The notes under the pieces were generated by a model that was not told where the DNA came from, ran no database searches, and worked only from the letters and a program-made list of their open reading frames with translations. 64,000 bases of DNA from Eledone cirrhosa (taxonomy: Eukaryota): contig OZ024758.1 of assembly GCA_964016885.1 (NCBI GenBank), positions 12,400,001 through 12,464,000 of the forward strand, in the 5' to 3' direction. Made by a program: the position numbers and the translations under genes. The number at the start of each line of letters is the position of its first letter. The first letter of the stretch is position 1. This document shows, in pieces, positions 1 through 44,129 of the stretch.

Positions 1-217
1 GAGTTCAACTGGGGTTAAACAACAGCATCAACAATGAAAGTATTAACCCATTAACCCTCTACAGCCCTCCATTACATAACATGTATTGGTCACAATGTCC
101 CAAAGTGTTAAAGTGAAATTCCCCCCTACCATCTAAAACAAAAACATACAAACGTTTGCCCTGACCTGAGTCGTTGACAACAAATCTACTTGCATACATA
201 AGAAGCCGCCAACTTAC

Positions 218-287
218 CGTTAATAACATGCCAAAGTTGTCTGCCAGTTACTGCACCCCAAAACATCGTTGCAATGACATTTTTCAT
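218..287 (-). CDS. Possible first coding exon of a divergent gene running off the left edge
   Basis: Polypyrimidine tract plus cag acceptor at 337-338, in-frame stop then ATG (285-287) MKNVIATMFWGAVTGRQLWHVIN, gtaagt donor at 217. No recognisable homology. Confidence 0.3.
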
Positions 288-444
288 TCAACATTCAATC
301 GGTGGTTATCATAGGTTGGAGATGAGGTCTTTTCTTCTGAAGAAGGAGAAGAAAGAGAAAAACGAAACGAAACATAAAATAAAATATAATGAATAAATAA
401 TTAGACAATGTTTCCACAAAATATGGTATTGGTGATGTAAAGCG

Positions 445-855
<411 letters not shown>

Positions 856-1021
856 CAACACGAAAGGTCTTGTAAAATAAATTTGCCATAAAATGTAATT
901 TCCCTTCGAAATCCATCATGGTTCTTATTGAAGTTGACCATATGTACATTATTCCATGATGTGGAAGGCGGTGGATTGGCGGTGGATTGGCAGTGGATGG
1001 GCGGTGGATTGGCAGTGGATG

Positions 1022-1212
1022 GGCGGTGGATTGGCAGTAGTATCGGTAGAGGGTCGGACGCCATGCTTTCCAGCATAGTTACGTCTCTTTACGATCTGAG
1101 TTCAAATCCCACCGAGGTTGACTTTGCCTTTCATCCTTACGGGGTCGATAAAATAAAGTACCAGTAATGCACTGGGTAATTGCTGGCCTTGTGCCTAAAG
1201 TAGAAACAATTA
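1022..1212 (+). mobile_element. tRNA-derived SINE family A (Meta-type central domain), representative copy
   Basis: A-box-like ggattggcag, B box gagttcaaatcc, core gcctttcatccttacggggtcgataaaataaagtaccag, ATT-rich tail. About 20 full or partial copies, e.g. ~2030-2180, 2495-2633, 6730-6890, 7345-7550, 16277-16435, 21060-21245, 27622-27810, 29204-29390, 38775-38975, 42820-43008, 57977-58075, 61745-62245. Confidence 0.85.
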
Positions 1213-2416
1213 TTCCATGATGTGTATATATGTCCCTCTCACTGTCGTAGAGTCACCGGATTGACAAACAGTGTTTCTAGAGCATTTGTTCAAACCTATC
1301 GGAGCCCATCACTCTCCAGGTCTAGGTACGGCAGATTTCTCCCAGAGCAGAATAGAAAGTGAGAGAGAGAGAGAGGGAAAGAGAGAGATATAGAGGAATA
1401 ATCAACCCCAGTAAAAGACTGGTACTTTTCTATCAACTTTGAATGGATAAAAAGCAAAGTTGACCTCGGCGGGATTTGAACTCAGAAGATAGATAGAGCG
1501 CTGGAACCTAAACTCTAAAGTATTCTATCAGACGTTCTAACGACTCTACATTCACCGCCCTGCTCTGCAGTGTATATATATCAAACCTGCCAACCTCTAA
1601 AAACACAAAAGGGGAGTACCATGGGAAAAAAAAAGGGCCCCAAAACAGAGAGAAATGAAGCAAAAATGGGGAGATTTTACACAATTGTTTCTACTTTCGA
1701 CCAATATGGAGAAAAGTTCTGAAGCCATGTCAAAACCGTGGACAGTCATAGCTGCGTCAAGTTACAGCTTGGTGATGATGGTAACGATGACGATGACAAC
1801 GATGATGATGATGATGATGATAATGATGATGATGATGATGATGATAATGATGATGATGATGATGATGATGACAATGAAGAACAGTAAACCATGTCTCTTC
1901 AAAGCACCGTACCGTACCGTAAACCAGAATTGAACCATTTAACACACAAGCTGGGTGTCGCACACATTTACTGACTCAGTCAGCCGAGACACTCTTAAAT
2001 GAAAATATAATTGTTTCTACTGTAGGCACAAGGCCAGCAATTACCCAGTACATTACTGGTACTTTATTTTATCGACCCCATAAGGATGAAAGGCAAAGTT
2101 AACCTCGGCGGGATTTGAACTCAGATCGTAAAGGGACGTAACTACGCTGCAAAGCATGTCTGATCCTCTACCAATACTGCCAATTCTTGCTTATACAGGC
2201 ACAAGGCCAGCAATTTTGGGGGAGGGGAAAGTCGATTAAATCGAACCCAGTGCGTGACTGGTACTTTATTTTTTCGACCACGTAATGATGAAAGGCAAAG
2301 TTAACCTCGGTGGGATTTGAACTCAGATCATAAAGGGCCGTAACTCTATGAACTTTTCAGCCTACCCTCGTATACACACATACAACTTCCATCACATATA
2401 TACATATATATACATG

Positions 2417-2447
<31 letters not shown>

Positions 2448-3579
2448 GTATATATATGTGTGTGTGTATATATACATACATATATATAGTAATAATTGTT
2501 TCTACTTTAGGCACAAAGACCCCGTAAGGATGAAAGGCAAAGTTAACCTCGGCGGGATTTGAACTCAGACTGTAAAGGGACGTAACTATGCTGGAAAGCA
2601 TGGCGTCCAACCCTCTACCGATACTGCCAATCCAGATTTTACATAATGAAAGCTATACTCATTTTCACAAGAGAAGACATCTCTCATCCACCTCAAAACA
2701 GGTGGGAGATCTCGTTGGACGGGGAGAGTTGACAGGGCTGATATGTTGCTAATTTATCTGAGCTTATATGCGAAAATGCTGAAGCATTAAAGTATTTTTT
2801 TACATTCTGTTGGGGGAGTGAGTACGACCCACGCATTTGATAGAGGTCAGTGCTCTTTTGCAGGTGTTGAGGACTTTGTTTTAATTATGAACATGTGTGA
2901 ATATGTGTGTGTGTGGAGGGGGGTATGTGTGTGGGTGTTGGTGTGAGTGTGTGTGTATCTGTGTGAGTGTGTGTGTGGGGGGGGTGTTTGCGCGTGCCTG
3001 TGTAGAGATTTTACGGAACACGACTTGTATGAAAACAAACCGGAGCTTAATTAAGCAAAATAAATAACTTATGAGGAAATAACTTGAGAGTATTTATAAA
3101 AATAATCTATTATAGAAAAAAAAAAATTTGTTTGAGGATAAGGACGAAGTTGTTGTTGTGAGTTGAAGAATAAAACATGCGCTAGTATTACATACAAGAA
3201 ATGGAATTATCAACAGAGCATGTTCTAACATTAAAAAAATAGCATCACTAAAGTTTGGTGAGGCAGGATATGAAGGCAATGTGATTTACAAGTGTTGCAA
3301 ACGAGACTGTAGTATTTTTATTATTGTTTTTTTTATTTTTTGTTGCCTTGCTTTTTTTTGCTTTTTTTGTGTATTTTTTTTTTGTTTATTTTTTGTTTCT
3401 TTTTTTTATTTATTTAAAACATGTATTGACATCAAAGTTAAATTATATATATATATATGTGTGTATGTATATATATATGTATGTATATATATATGTATGT
3501 ATATATATATGTATATATATATGTATATATATATATATGTATATATATATGTATATATATATATATGTATATATATATG

Positions 3580-3612
<33 letters not shown>

Positions 3613-3844
3613 GTATATATATTTGTATATATATATATATGTATATATATTTGTATATATATATATGTATATATATATTTGTATATATATATATGTATGT
3701 ATATATATATATATTTATATATATATGTATATATATTAAATGGGGCTTCTTGAACCGTCGTCAAGGAAACGTGAAGTAATTTTAGGATGACGTCATTTGT
3801 CTTCGAAATTTTCATTATTCTCCATACGTATATGGAAGTGTGTA

Positions 3845-3879
<35 letters not shown>

Positions 3880-3914
3880 GCATAAACATACACACACACT
3901 CGCGCACACGAACA

Positions 3915-3962
<48 letters not shown>

Positions 3963-4183
3963 GAAATATGGTGATTGTTAAAACGGAAGGATATTAGAAA
4001 ATAAAAGATGAAGATATGCTTTTAATTAGTTCATTGTTTTACGATCGTTTCAGAGGGTTGATTAATCATGGTATATCGATATATTGACCATTAGAGAGTG
4101 GTCATTCCATCATCGATTATTATTCTCGATATCTTAGATCCATTTCACCGGCTTTACGTTTTTTTTTTTTTTGTTTTTTTCAG

Positions 4184-33877
<29,694 letters not shown>

Positions 33878-36800
33878 GTTAGCAGCCGTTTTACTACAGA
33901 TTAAAAATGGCAACGTATTTCATATGAAGAAGGAAGAGAAGAAAGAGAAGAGAGAGAAGGAGGACATTAAAAAAAGATGGAAGAACGTTTGATATAAACA
34001 CAGATGGAAAGATGGAAACGTAGGGAAAAAAAAGGAAAGCATATGAACCGTTTGGCTATTATGATATTTATATATATATATATATGCACGTGTGTACATA
34101 TATATATGTGTGCATACACATATATATGCGTGTGTACACATATATATGTGTGTGTACACATATATATGCGTGTGTGTACATACATATATGCGTGTGTGTA
34201 CATACATATATATATATATATCTATATATATCTCAAGGAAACAAAAAACAAACAAGAGGATGCAATAACTTGAAGTTGTATTAGCTTCAAGCTTTTCTTT
34301 TATATATATATGTATAAATATATATATGTGTATATATGTGTGTATATATGTGTGTATATATGTGTGTATATATATGTGTGTATATATATGTATATATATA
34401 TATACACACATACACACAGACATGGGATCGCTGGAAGTTATCAAAAAGCGATGATGTATTCTAAAAGAGAAAAAAAACTGACATTTTTAAAATTAAGGTG
34501 ATGTCATAGAAGAATGTAATGAAAAGAGATTTGTTTCGGAGAATACAAAGATTTCAGGGAGATGGGGGCCAAAAAGGGGTCAACTGGATAGAAACCAGGA
34601 CATTGATGACACGAAAAGGAGAAAAAAAAACAAAAAAAGTGAGAAGTAATTGAACAGAAATAAGAACAGTAGAAATGATAAATTTATTATAAAGATTGAT
34701 TAATCGTATCGATAATTATAATTTAGCGATTAACTAATGAATTTGGGTTCAGATATTTCTAGTCACGTGAGTAATCAATATGAAATGAAGAGGTAGACAG
34801 GATGAAAAACAGCAAAACTGCAAACACATGCACACACACACACAAATGCATACATGTGCACATATAATGCATATATATATATCCACACATATAAACATAT
34901 ATATATATATATATATGCATAAAACACACACACATGTATACATAATATAAATATATATATTTATATACATACATATACGTGTGTGTGAGGACATTTGGAT
35001 TTACAAATGGTATAAAATGAAAATACCAAGAACAGAATAATATATATATATATATATATATAAATTTGTAAAGGAACAGGAGCTGTGTTGTTGCTGGATA
35101 AAGTGTATTTATAAATAAGAAGAAAGCACAAACAGGGGGTAGTTTCCCTTCATCAGTTGTCTTCTGGAGATCATGGACATTTCTATGCAATACATATATA
35201 TATAATGAAAATTTTACACAGACCTAGAGATTCTTCCCAAAACATTTTTCAACAGATTCAAAGAAACTGGAGATATTTTTTTAGGATATAAATCAATAGA
35301 ATGCTAAAAAATCAAGAATTATGATGTGATTACAAGACATAAATTTGAAAAGTCAGTTATAGTAAATTTGGAACTTGAAATGAAAGATGAATAGGTGTGT
35401 GTATAAGATTTTCTATAGATTTCTCTGTCAATCTCTGGTGGATATTATACATTCACTCTAACATCACTCTTCTAACCTACCTTTCATTGTGCCAACATTA
35501 ATGTCTGCAGCCATATTTATACCTTGTGGTGTTTGGGTTGTTTGGTGTACTCTTTTATAACGGTCGAGGGGTTCTCCCATATGGCCAGATGTTCCCATTG
35601 AATTTTCAATCTATTATTTCATGTTATGACACTTAGACAATGTTTAAGACATCAGTTAGTCTTGACTTAGACCTGCATATTTCCAATTAGTTGGTCACCA
35701 AACTGAATATTGATATGCAGTGTTTAAGTGAAAGTGAAGCAATGTTAGACAATCTTAACATGACCAACTCTTCCCATTGTCCAGTGTTTTTGTATGTCTT
35801 ATATTTGTATTAAACCCAAGGTAAGAAGTGGTCAAACAGACATATGATCAAATGGTATTCCAATCGTGACCATCCCATCTGTTTAGGTATATAACATCTA
35901 GCACTGCATTATCCAAGTATTCTTTTGTTTTTTTCTTTCAAGATGGTAATATGAAGAGGAATGTTTTACTGCTATTTTTAGCAGATTAAAGACCTATAAA
36001 GGCTGAATATCTGTAGGTTCTGTTGGTGGTCACAATGGAGGAGGGAAAGGTGAACTTGGTTTTAATGTGACAGCTGTTGTTTTTCTTGTACGTATTGTAC
36101 AGTTACTATTCCTGTGTGTGTGTCTGGAAAAGGGGTTAAGTTTACAAGGCCCTATGTTGTGGTAGACCCTGTTTAATTTGCTCTTTTGATTTCTCCCTTG
36201 CAACAGTACATACTACGATCTCCCGTAAACAGAAGTGTCTTTCTGTTTATCCAAAGAAAATAACTAGTTGTTGCTGTTATTTAGCCACAGTTTAGTCCTT
36301 AATCAGCAGAACTATAATCAAAGTGGCACTCCAGTCTTGACCACCCAGTCTTTTTGTATATCAGTGATAACATTGAGAGAGATGATTTGGCTGCTATTTC
36401 TAGCAAGTTAAGTGACCATATAGAGATTTGATCGTTAGCTCTGGAAAATAGATATTTCCTTTGTATTAAGAGGCAAAATGTTAGAATAGAACATTGGTAA
36501 ATACTCCACTCAATGCAACTGTATTTGAAGACACTATGGTGTTATTTGAGAGGGATTTGACTGGTGTTTCTAGCAGCTCAAATAGCTGTATAGGGACCCT
36601 CTCATTGGTTCGTCGACACTAAATGTATAAATGTAGAAAGTAGTGTAATGTATGTATATATATAGGGATGTATGTATGTTCTATATATATTTTTGTTGAC
36701 AGCTATTATATATTTTTTGTCATTATCATGTTTCGAGATTTTTTTTTTTATTTCAACGTAAGTATTTTTTAAAGGCATAAACAGAGGGAGAAGGGTCATA

Positions 36801-38184
36801 ACCATGGCGCTATGCAGAAGACCCGCCTTCCCTTACATACGAAGTTAAACCTAGTCAGTAGGTACCTCTTAGCCCAACACACTACCCCTACATCCAGTCC
36901 ACACTAAAGAGGTTGTGTAGGTGTCACAACAAAAAGCACCCAGTCCATGCTGTAATGTGGTCGTGTAGGAGACACAGTAAAAAGAAGACTCCCAGTCCAC
37001 ACTGTAAATGTGGTTGGCGTTAGGAAGGGCATCCAGCTGTAGAAAACCAGCCAGACATGGTCACCTGACCAATCTTGTCTCGTGGGGCAATTCTCATCTA
37101 ACCCATGGTAGCGTGGAAGATAGACTTTAAACAATGATTATGATATATTGAATCTACACCAGTATATAACTGGTACCAATGCTGATATTTTATTGACCCA
37201 GGAGAGATAAAAGATGAAGTGGATCTAGCAAGATTTCAACTCAGAATGAACTTACAGTAGGGTCTATAAAGTGCAATGCTCTACTGTACTGTTCAATATT
37301 GAAAGATATTTAAATGTTATGATTGTACAATATTAAAAATGCATTATGTATAAATAAATTACTCACACTGAGTTCATATTAAACGAAAATTTATATTCAA
37401 ATTGTCTTCAAATGTGTTTTTCATTAAAGTTCTTTTAGTTTAAGGGGCTAGGGTAGAAGCCCCAAAAATACTTGTGCAGAAGTCATAACTTGGATGACTG
37501 CAATTAAGAAACAAACTAACCATTCACAAATACATTTATTTATATATATATATAGAGAGAGAGAGAGGCACATGGCTTAGTGGTTAGAGCATTGGCCTTG
37601 CAATCGAAAGGTGAGTTCAATTCTCAGACCTGGTGATGTTGTTTCCTTGAGCAAGACACTTTATTTCACATTGCTCAAGTTCACTCAGCTGTAGAAAGAT
37701 GATAGGGACTGGGATCCATATCGTTCCACTGCAAAGTGGACGTGTAGGCGCCACGGAAAAAAGCACCCAGCACTCACTGTAAAGGAGGTTGGTGTTAGGA
37801 AGGGCATTCAGCTGTAGAAATCAAGCCAGAATCAGTTCCTGTCCCACCCTTGCAAGCGGACGTAAAATGAAATGATGGTGATATATACTCATATAAACAC
37901 AGATATATAACTAAGATATGGAACATACAGATGTATAAGTGTGTGTGTGTGAAATAGCTGGAAAAAGGATGAAGACAAGGCAAGTAAATTGTGGTAAAGT
38001 TTGCTTTCCGTCTCTTGTTTTGGTTTTTATTACAGCTATTTACAGACATTTTCACAGATTTAATATCTTACAGTGATTCTCTTCAATATGAAAGATTGAA
38101 CAAAGAAAACATTTCTATACAAATTTGAAAGCAAAAAAAAAAAAAAAAAAAATCCACCTAATTGCACAGAATGGGGGCATGTTT

Positions 38185-38462
38185 TGGTAAGGTCCTTTCA
38201 GGTTAATACAGCTGTGTCCTGTAATAGGGGCTTGTAATGGTAAAGTCCTCTCAGGTTGTTAATACAGCTGTGTTCTATAATAGGGCTTGTAGTGGTAAGG
38301 TCCTCTCAGTTTAATACAGCCATGTCCTGTAATAGGGGCTTGTAGTGGTAAAATCCTCTCAGTTAATACAGCCATGTCCTATAATAGGGGCTTGTACAGT
38401 TAATACAGCCATGTCCTATAATAGGGGCTTGTAGTGGTTAACTCCTCAGCTTAATACAGCAT
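38185..38462. repeat. ~57-bp degenerate tandem repeat
   Basis: ttaatacagc..tgtcct.taataggggcttgtagtggtaa units. Confidence 0.88.
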
Positions 38463-39345
38463 GTCAATGTCCTTAATGTCAATGAGAAGTCATAAACAGG
38501 GTTTTGTTAACAACCATATAAGATCATAAGATCTTGGTAAGAATTTTGTGGGTTGTCAGTAAAACCTCAGGTAGTATATAGTGTGTGTGAGTCCCAAGTT
38601 CAATCGAGGGTAACCCAAAGTCAGTAAGGTACTCAATACATCAGTAGAGTGTAATCATCATGTTTAAAAGTTCTTAACACAGTTTGGTTTGGCCACGAGT
38701 CTTGATAACAATCATGTTGATTGTTCATATAGTATGTAAGGTTGGGTCTCATATGGATAGGGTGTTAATAATAATAATGGTTTCAGATTTAGGTACAAGG
38801 CCAACAATTTGGGGGGGAAGGGGAAAGTCAATTCAACCCCAGTGTCTCACTGGTATTTTATTTTATCAATCCCTATAAAGGATGAAAGGCAAAGCTAACC
38901 TCGGCAGGATTTGAACTCAGAATGTAAAGAGCCATAACTCTATGCTGTAAAGCATGTTGTCCGACACTCTACCACAATAGTAATAATAATAATAATAATG
39001 ATTTAATAATAATTGTTTCTACTTTTGGCACAAGGCCAGCAATAATCCAGTACATTACTGGTACTTTATTTTATCGACCTCGTAAGGATGAAAGGCAAAG
39101 TTAACCTTTAATGATTTAATAATAATAAAAGAAAATCATAATGAATTTATAAGCGTTGATGAGGATGAAAATATCGTGAAATCAGTGGAGGTTCGAGAGA
39201 AAGTTGATAAAAGATTGAAAGTGTATAATTTTGGTCTGTTTAAATACGAAACAGGTGAGAAAACAAAACAGCAGAGAATTGAGACTCATTAAATATAAGA
39301 CAGGTAACAAAACAGAAAACAGCAGAGAAATGAAAAAAAGACTCG

Positions 39346-39572
39346 TTAACCCTTTAGCATTTAAACTGGCCATATCCAGCCAGAATTGTCTCACCTCCTT
39401 CTGTTCAAACCGGCTGTAACTGGTCACTCATACTGATGTTAAGGTATTGTTCTCAAAATAAATATTATCAGAATCTCAGATTCGATATGTGATATAATTA
39501 CGTAAGGTAAAGCCTTTACCATGATATATATATAACAGTATATATAGAGTAATGTAAATGGTAAAGGGTTAA
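39346..39572. mobile_element. piggyBac-like MITE (TTAA target, CCCTTT termini); copies at 45629-45818, ~55562-55765, ~63762-64000, ~10296-10474
   Basis: ttaa-ccctttagcatt...aatggtaaaggg-ttaa; neighbouring tandem units show the empty TTAA site. Confidence 0.8.
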
Positions 39573-40212
39573 CATATGAGACAGGTACCAAGACAGACAA
39601 CAGCAGAAAAAGGAAGAAGACTCGTTAAATATAAGACAGGTGAAAGAACAGAAAACAGCAAAGAAATGAGAGGAGACTCATTAGTCTCAATATTGTTTGG
39701 TTGTCTTTTGTTGATTTTTATCTTTTGTTTTATAATTTTCAGTAATTATTTTCAATAACTCCAACATTTCAAAAAAGATAATTGATCCATTACACAAATA
39801 ACAAGGCCACAAATTAGTAAATAAGATGAGATAGTAGTAGTAGTAGTAATAGTAGTGGTAGTAGTAGTAGTGTGGGTAGGGTGAAGGGAGAACATTGTAG
39901 CCGACAAGATGGAAAAGACATTGCCTCGGAGGACAGTTGGGTCTCAAACTTTGATTTGAAACCAAGACTAGCCAACAATACACACATACACTAAACATTG
40001 TATATATATACACTGTATTATACATTGTCATATACACTGTATCATACACACCATCCCAGAAAAATCTGTTTTTGTATTACATCAACATCCATCACCATCA
40101 TCATCATCGTTTAACGTCTATCTTCCACGCTAGCACATATATATATATATATATGTGTGTGTAACTACATACATAAACACACACAGACAAACATCATAGT
40201 ATGTGTGTGTGA

Positions 40213-40243
<31 letters not shown>

Positions 40244-40322
40244 CACCCCACTCTCAAGTGTGAATGTAATACAAACACTGTTTGTACTGCACTCCATTTT
40301 TTGTTTTGTTCTTTGCCTATAT

Positions 40323-40356
<34 letters not shown>

Positions 40357-40371
40357 ATATATATATATATA

Positions 40372-40609
40372 TAGTGGTAGAACACTGGAAGGTAATATCC
40401 GTAGTGGTAGAGCACTCAGTCGATGGCACGAGTTAGGTAGAAGTGGTTACACAACAGTTAGTTCACCATACCGAGAACAATTGTTTCACCTTAGCGGATC
40501 CTCAGCTCGTAATGGACATGGTTATACGGAACCATGTCCATTACGAGCTGAGGATCCGCTAAGGTGAAACAATTGTTCTCGGTATGGTGAACTAACTGTT
40601 GTGTAATCA

Positions 40610-40612
<3 letters not shown>
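40372..40612. mobile_element. Fold-back hammerhead element (arms 40442-40523 and 40530-40611); collapsed relative at ~20537-20690
   Basis: ~82-bp inverted arms, 6-nt loop, (TA)n on both sides. Confidence 0.88.
40538..40587 (+). ncRNA. Type I hammerhead ribozyme motif (mirror copy on - strand at 40466-40515)
   Basis: ccattacgag-CTGAGGA-t cc gctaa gg t-GAAA-caattg-TT-ctcggtatgg; palindromic stem III, stem I with internal loop. Confidence 0.78.
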
Positions 40613-40644
<32 letters not shown>

Positions 40645-41123
40645 GTATTGTTTTGTATTTTTAGCAACTGGACTCAATGAAGTTATGTTAATTTCACTTT
40701 TTATAATTTTGTTATTTTTTTTTTCTTTAAAAGAAATGGAGGCGGAGGGGGAGATAGGCTAGACAAGGGAATTTTAGGCAGTTACATGTAATGAAACAAT
40801 ATATGTATGTGTGTGTATATATGTATATGTGTGTGTGTGTGAGAGAGAGTCCAGGGTTCAATCAGGATGTAACCACAGTTATTAAGGTTCTCAATACATT
40901 AGTAGAGTGTAAATATCAAGTTTAATATAGGAATGGCTTCTATAGGACTAGAACTGTTTCATTCAAAAGAAATCATCAAGATAGCTGCTTTCATGATTTC
41001 TGATTTTTTTTCTTTTCAATGAAACAGTTCTAGTCCTGTAAAAGCCATTTCTATATAAAACTTGATATATATATATATATATATATATAGCAGTTAAATA
41101 TTATATAGAAGAAAGTGCCCATG

Positions 41124-41155
<32 letters not shown>

Positions 41156-41812
41156 AAAGGTAAAAAACAAGCAAGCTAATCAGGAGGAAAAGAAGCTGAT
41201 TAGTTATGTATATATATTCATAAATCTTTGTTCTCTCCAGCATTTCAGCATTTTAAATATGATATTGATATATATATATATTGATATGTACATATATAGA
41301 AGGAACGATCGATTTTCATCAAATCGAACCGAGGAAATAATGTTTCCATTAGTCTTTCCAATTGCTAATACTCTATCAGTCGCAACTCCAGGTAGAAGGA
41401 GCAACGTGAAATAAAGTGTCTTGCTCAAGGACATAACGCATCACCCGGCCGGGTATCAAACTCACAATCTCACGATTGTGAATCCAATTCTCTAACCACT
41501 CAGCCACACGCCTTCACTCTTAGTACGGCTGATACTTAAATATATGTATACAGATGTATAGTAGTATGTATATATATATATATTTTGTTTACAAACAAAC
41601 CGAGCATTATAATAAATGTTCGGTAAACCCATACGTACATATATATGTGCATGTATGTATATATATATATATATATACATATATGTATACAGACGTACAG
41701 TAGTATGTATATGTATACGTACATACATATATATATACAGACGTACAGTAGTATGTATGTACGTATACATATACATACTACTGTACGTCTGTATACATAT
41801 ATGTATGTACGT

Positions 41813-41851
<39 letters not shown>

Positions 41852-41985
41852 AAATTTAGTACAGCATCAACGAAGCCATGGTTGCAGCCAAGCTAACGAA
41901 TGCAGTTCCGGTGTGCAGCTAAGCACTCAATAGGATATATAACCCTAGAGTTATAACATTACTTTTAGACAGCCTTGCAAAATAA

Positions 41986-42021
<36 letters not shown>

Positions 42022-42607
42022 AGTAACAATATATCAGAGAAGAAGTAACTGAAGAGATTGTTCTACAGATGAAATCCCACCAATACAGTAGTCTCAATTA
42101 TGTACTGTACTGAGTTGAAAGACTTCAATCATGTAGTCTTATTAGAGTGATCTCCCTTGAATATTGTGTTCAGATATTCAACGTCTAAAGAGAGAGACTG
42201 GCTACAATTTGATTGGATAATCCATCTCACATGACCAAAGTTTTTCAACTCATTATATTACATATTTATATTAAATTCTATTTAATATAAAAAAGGGTTC
42301 ATATGCAATGGTTTTCTTTTAGCCATAGTGTGTATGTGTGTGTGTGGGTATGTATAAGTGTGTCTGTGTGTGCACATTCTAGAATAAGTTTTCTTTTAAC
42401 CATAGTATGTGTGTGTGTGTGTGTGTGTGTGTGTTTCTGTATATACACGTTTCTGCGTGTGTGTGTGTGTCTGTTCTGGCAAATGTTTTCCTTTAGCCAT
42501 GTGTATACATATGCCTGTGTGTGTATGTCTATATAAGTATGCCTGTGTGTATGTATAAGTATGTGTGTGTGTGTATATGTATAAGTATATATGTATGTCT
42601 GTGTGTA

Positions 42608-42651
<44 letters not shown>

Positions 42652-43972
42652 CACTCTGGCACACATTATCGGGTGGTCATTTTTATCAATTTCAAAGGAT
42701 GAGGTTTATGAGAAATGAAACTTTCATGCAGTCTCACACACACACATACATACATACATACATACATACACACACACACAAATATACATAGATATAATCT
42801 GAGTTTTTTTTATATTAATAATTGTTTCTACTTTAAGCACAAGGCCAGCAATTATCCCAGTGTATTACTGGTACTTTATTTTATCGACCCCGTAAGGATG
42901 AAAGGCAAAGTTAACCTCGGCGGGATTTGAACTCAGACCATAAAGGGCCGTAACTCTTTGCTGCAAAGCATGGCGTCCGACCCTCTACCGATACTGCCAA
43001 TCCACCGCTTTTTTAAATATTAATGATAACATTTGATTCGTTTGCAATTATGTGCCAACACAAGAGCAAGAATGAAGGGTTCATTCTACTGACATGGCTA
43101 TAAAAAGGAGGCTTGTTTGCATAATTGCAAACAAATCGAATATTATTAATATTCGAAAAACTCAGACTACATTTATTGTATTAAGCCATGTAGAGCAAAA
43201 TTTTCTTTTTTTTACATATATAGATAAATAGTCTTATAATTCTTTAGTTAATTCTTCAGTTCTTGTACTGTGGCCATGTTGGGTTACTGCCATCAAGGGT
43301 CACTGCTGTAAATTTCATCAAACCCAGTACATCTAGATTACTAAATATTTTATCAACCTTGGAAGTAGTGTGTGTGGGGGGGGGGGAGGGGAGACAGAGG
43401 AGTAAAGTTGACTTGGACAGGATTTGAACTCAGAAAGAAAGGGATGTACACAAACACCACAAGGTACTTTTCCAACACTATATCAATTCTCCCAATCCAC
43501 CACCTCTTTCCCAAAATATAAAAATGTTTCATTCGCATATAATACATAATACATGTGCCAGGGCCATTTCATTCCAATATCATTACACACACTGCCAACA
43601 CAGCGTGTGTAGAGAAAGATATTATATATACATATATATACATATATATATGACACGCACACAGGCATATATGTATGTGGTTTATATATATATATATATG
43701 GCATGCCCACAGACATAAATTTATATATATATTTATAGAGAGAGAGAGAGAAAGAAATAGATGTGGTTTATATATGTATATATATATATGGAGTTATGTT
43801 CAGAAAGCAACGAGCGGGTTTGAAAATTGAAGTAGAAGGCCTCACCATATCTTTTTGAATAAATAAAAGTCTAATAATGTGGCGTATAAACCCATAGAAC
43901 AGAAATAAGATGAGTAGCAACACACATGGGAGATATCTATCTCTCTCTATATATATATATAATGACATGTAC

Positions 43973-44032
<60 letters not shown>

Positions 44033-44089
44033 GACATGTACAGACATTTATATGCATATATTAGCTGTATATATATATATGACACACAC

Positions 44090-44129
<40 letters not shown>

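Noticed and set aside
1970-1984. AP-1-like TGACTCA within a short dyad
   Set aside because: A single short motif expected by chance; transcription start unknown.
35125-35170. CTGATGA-aggg...cccc motif on the - strand (relative at ~26190-26220)
   Set aside because: No downstream GAAA or stem III; not called as a ribozyme.
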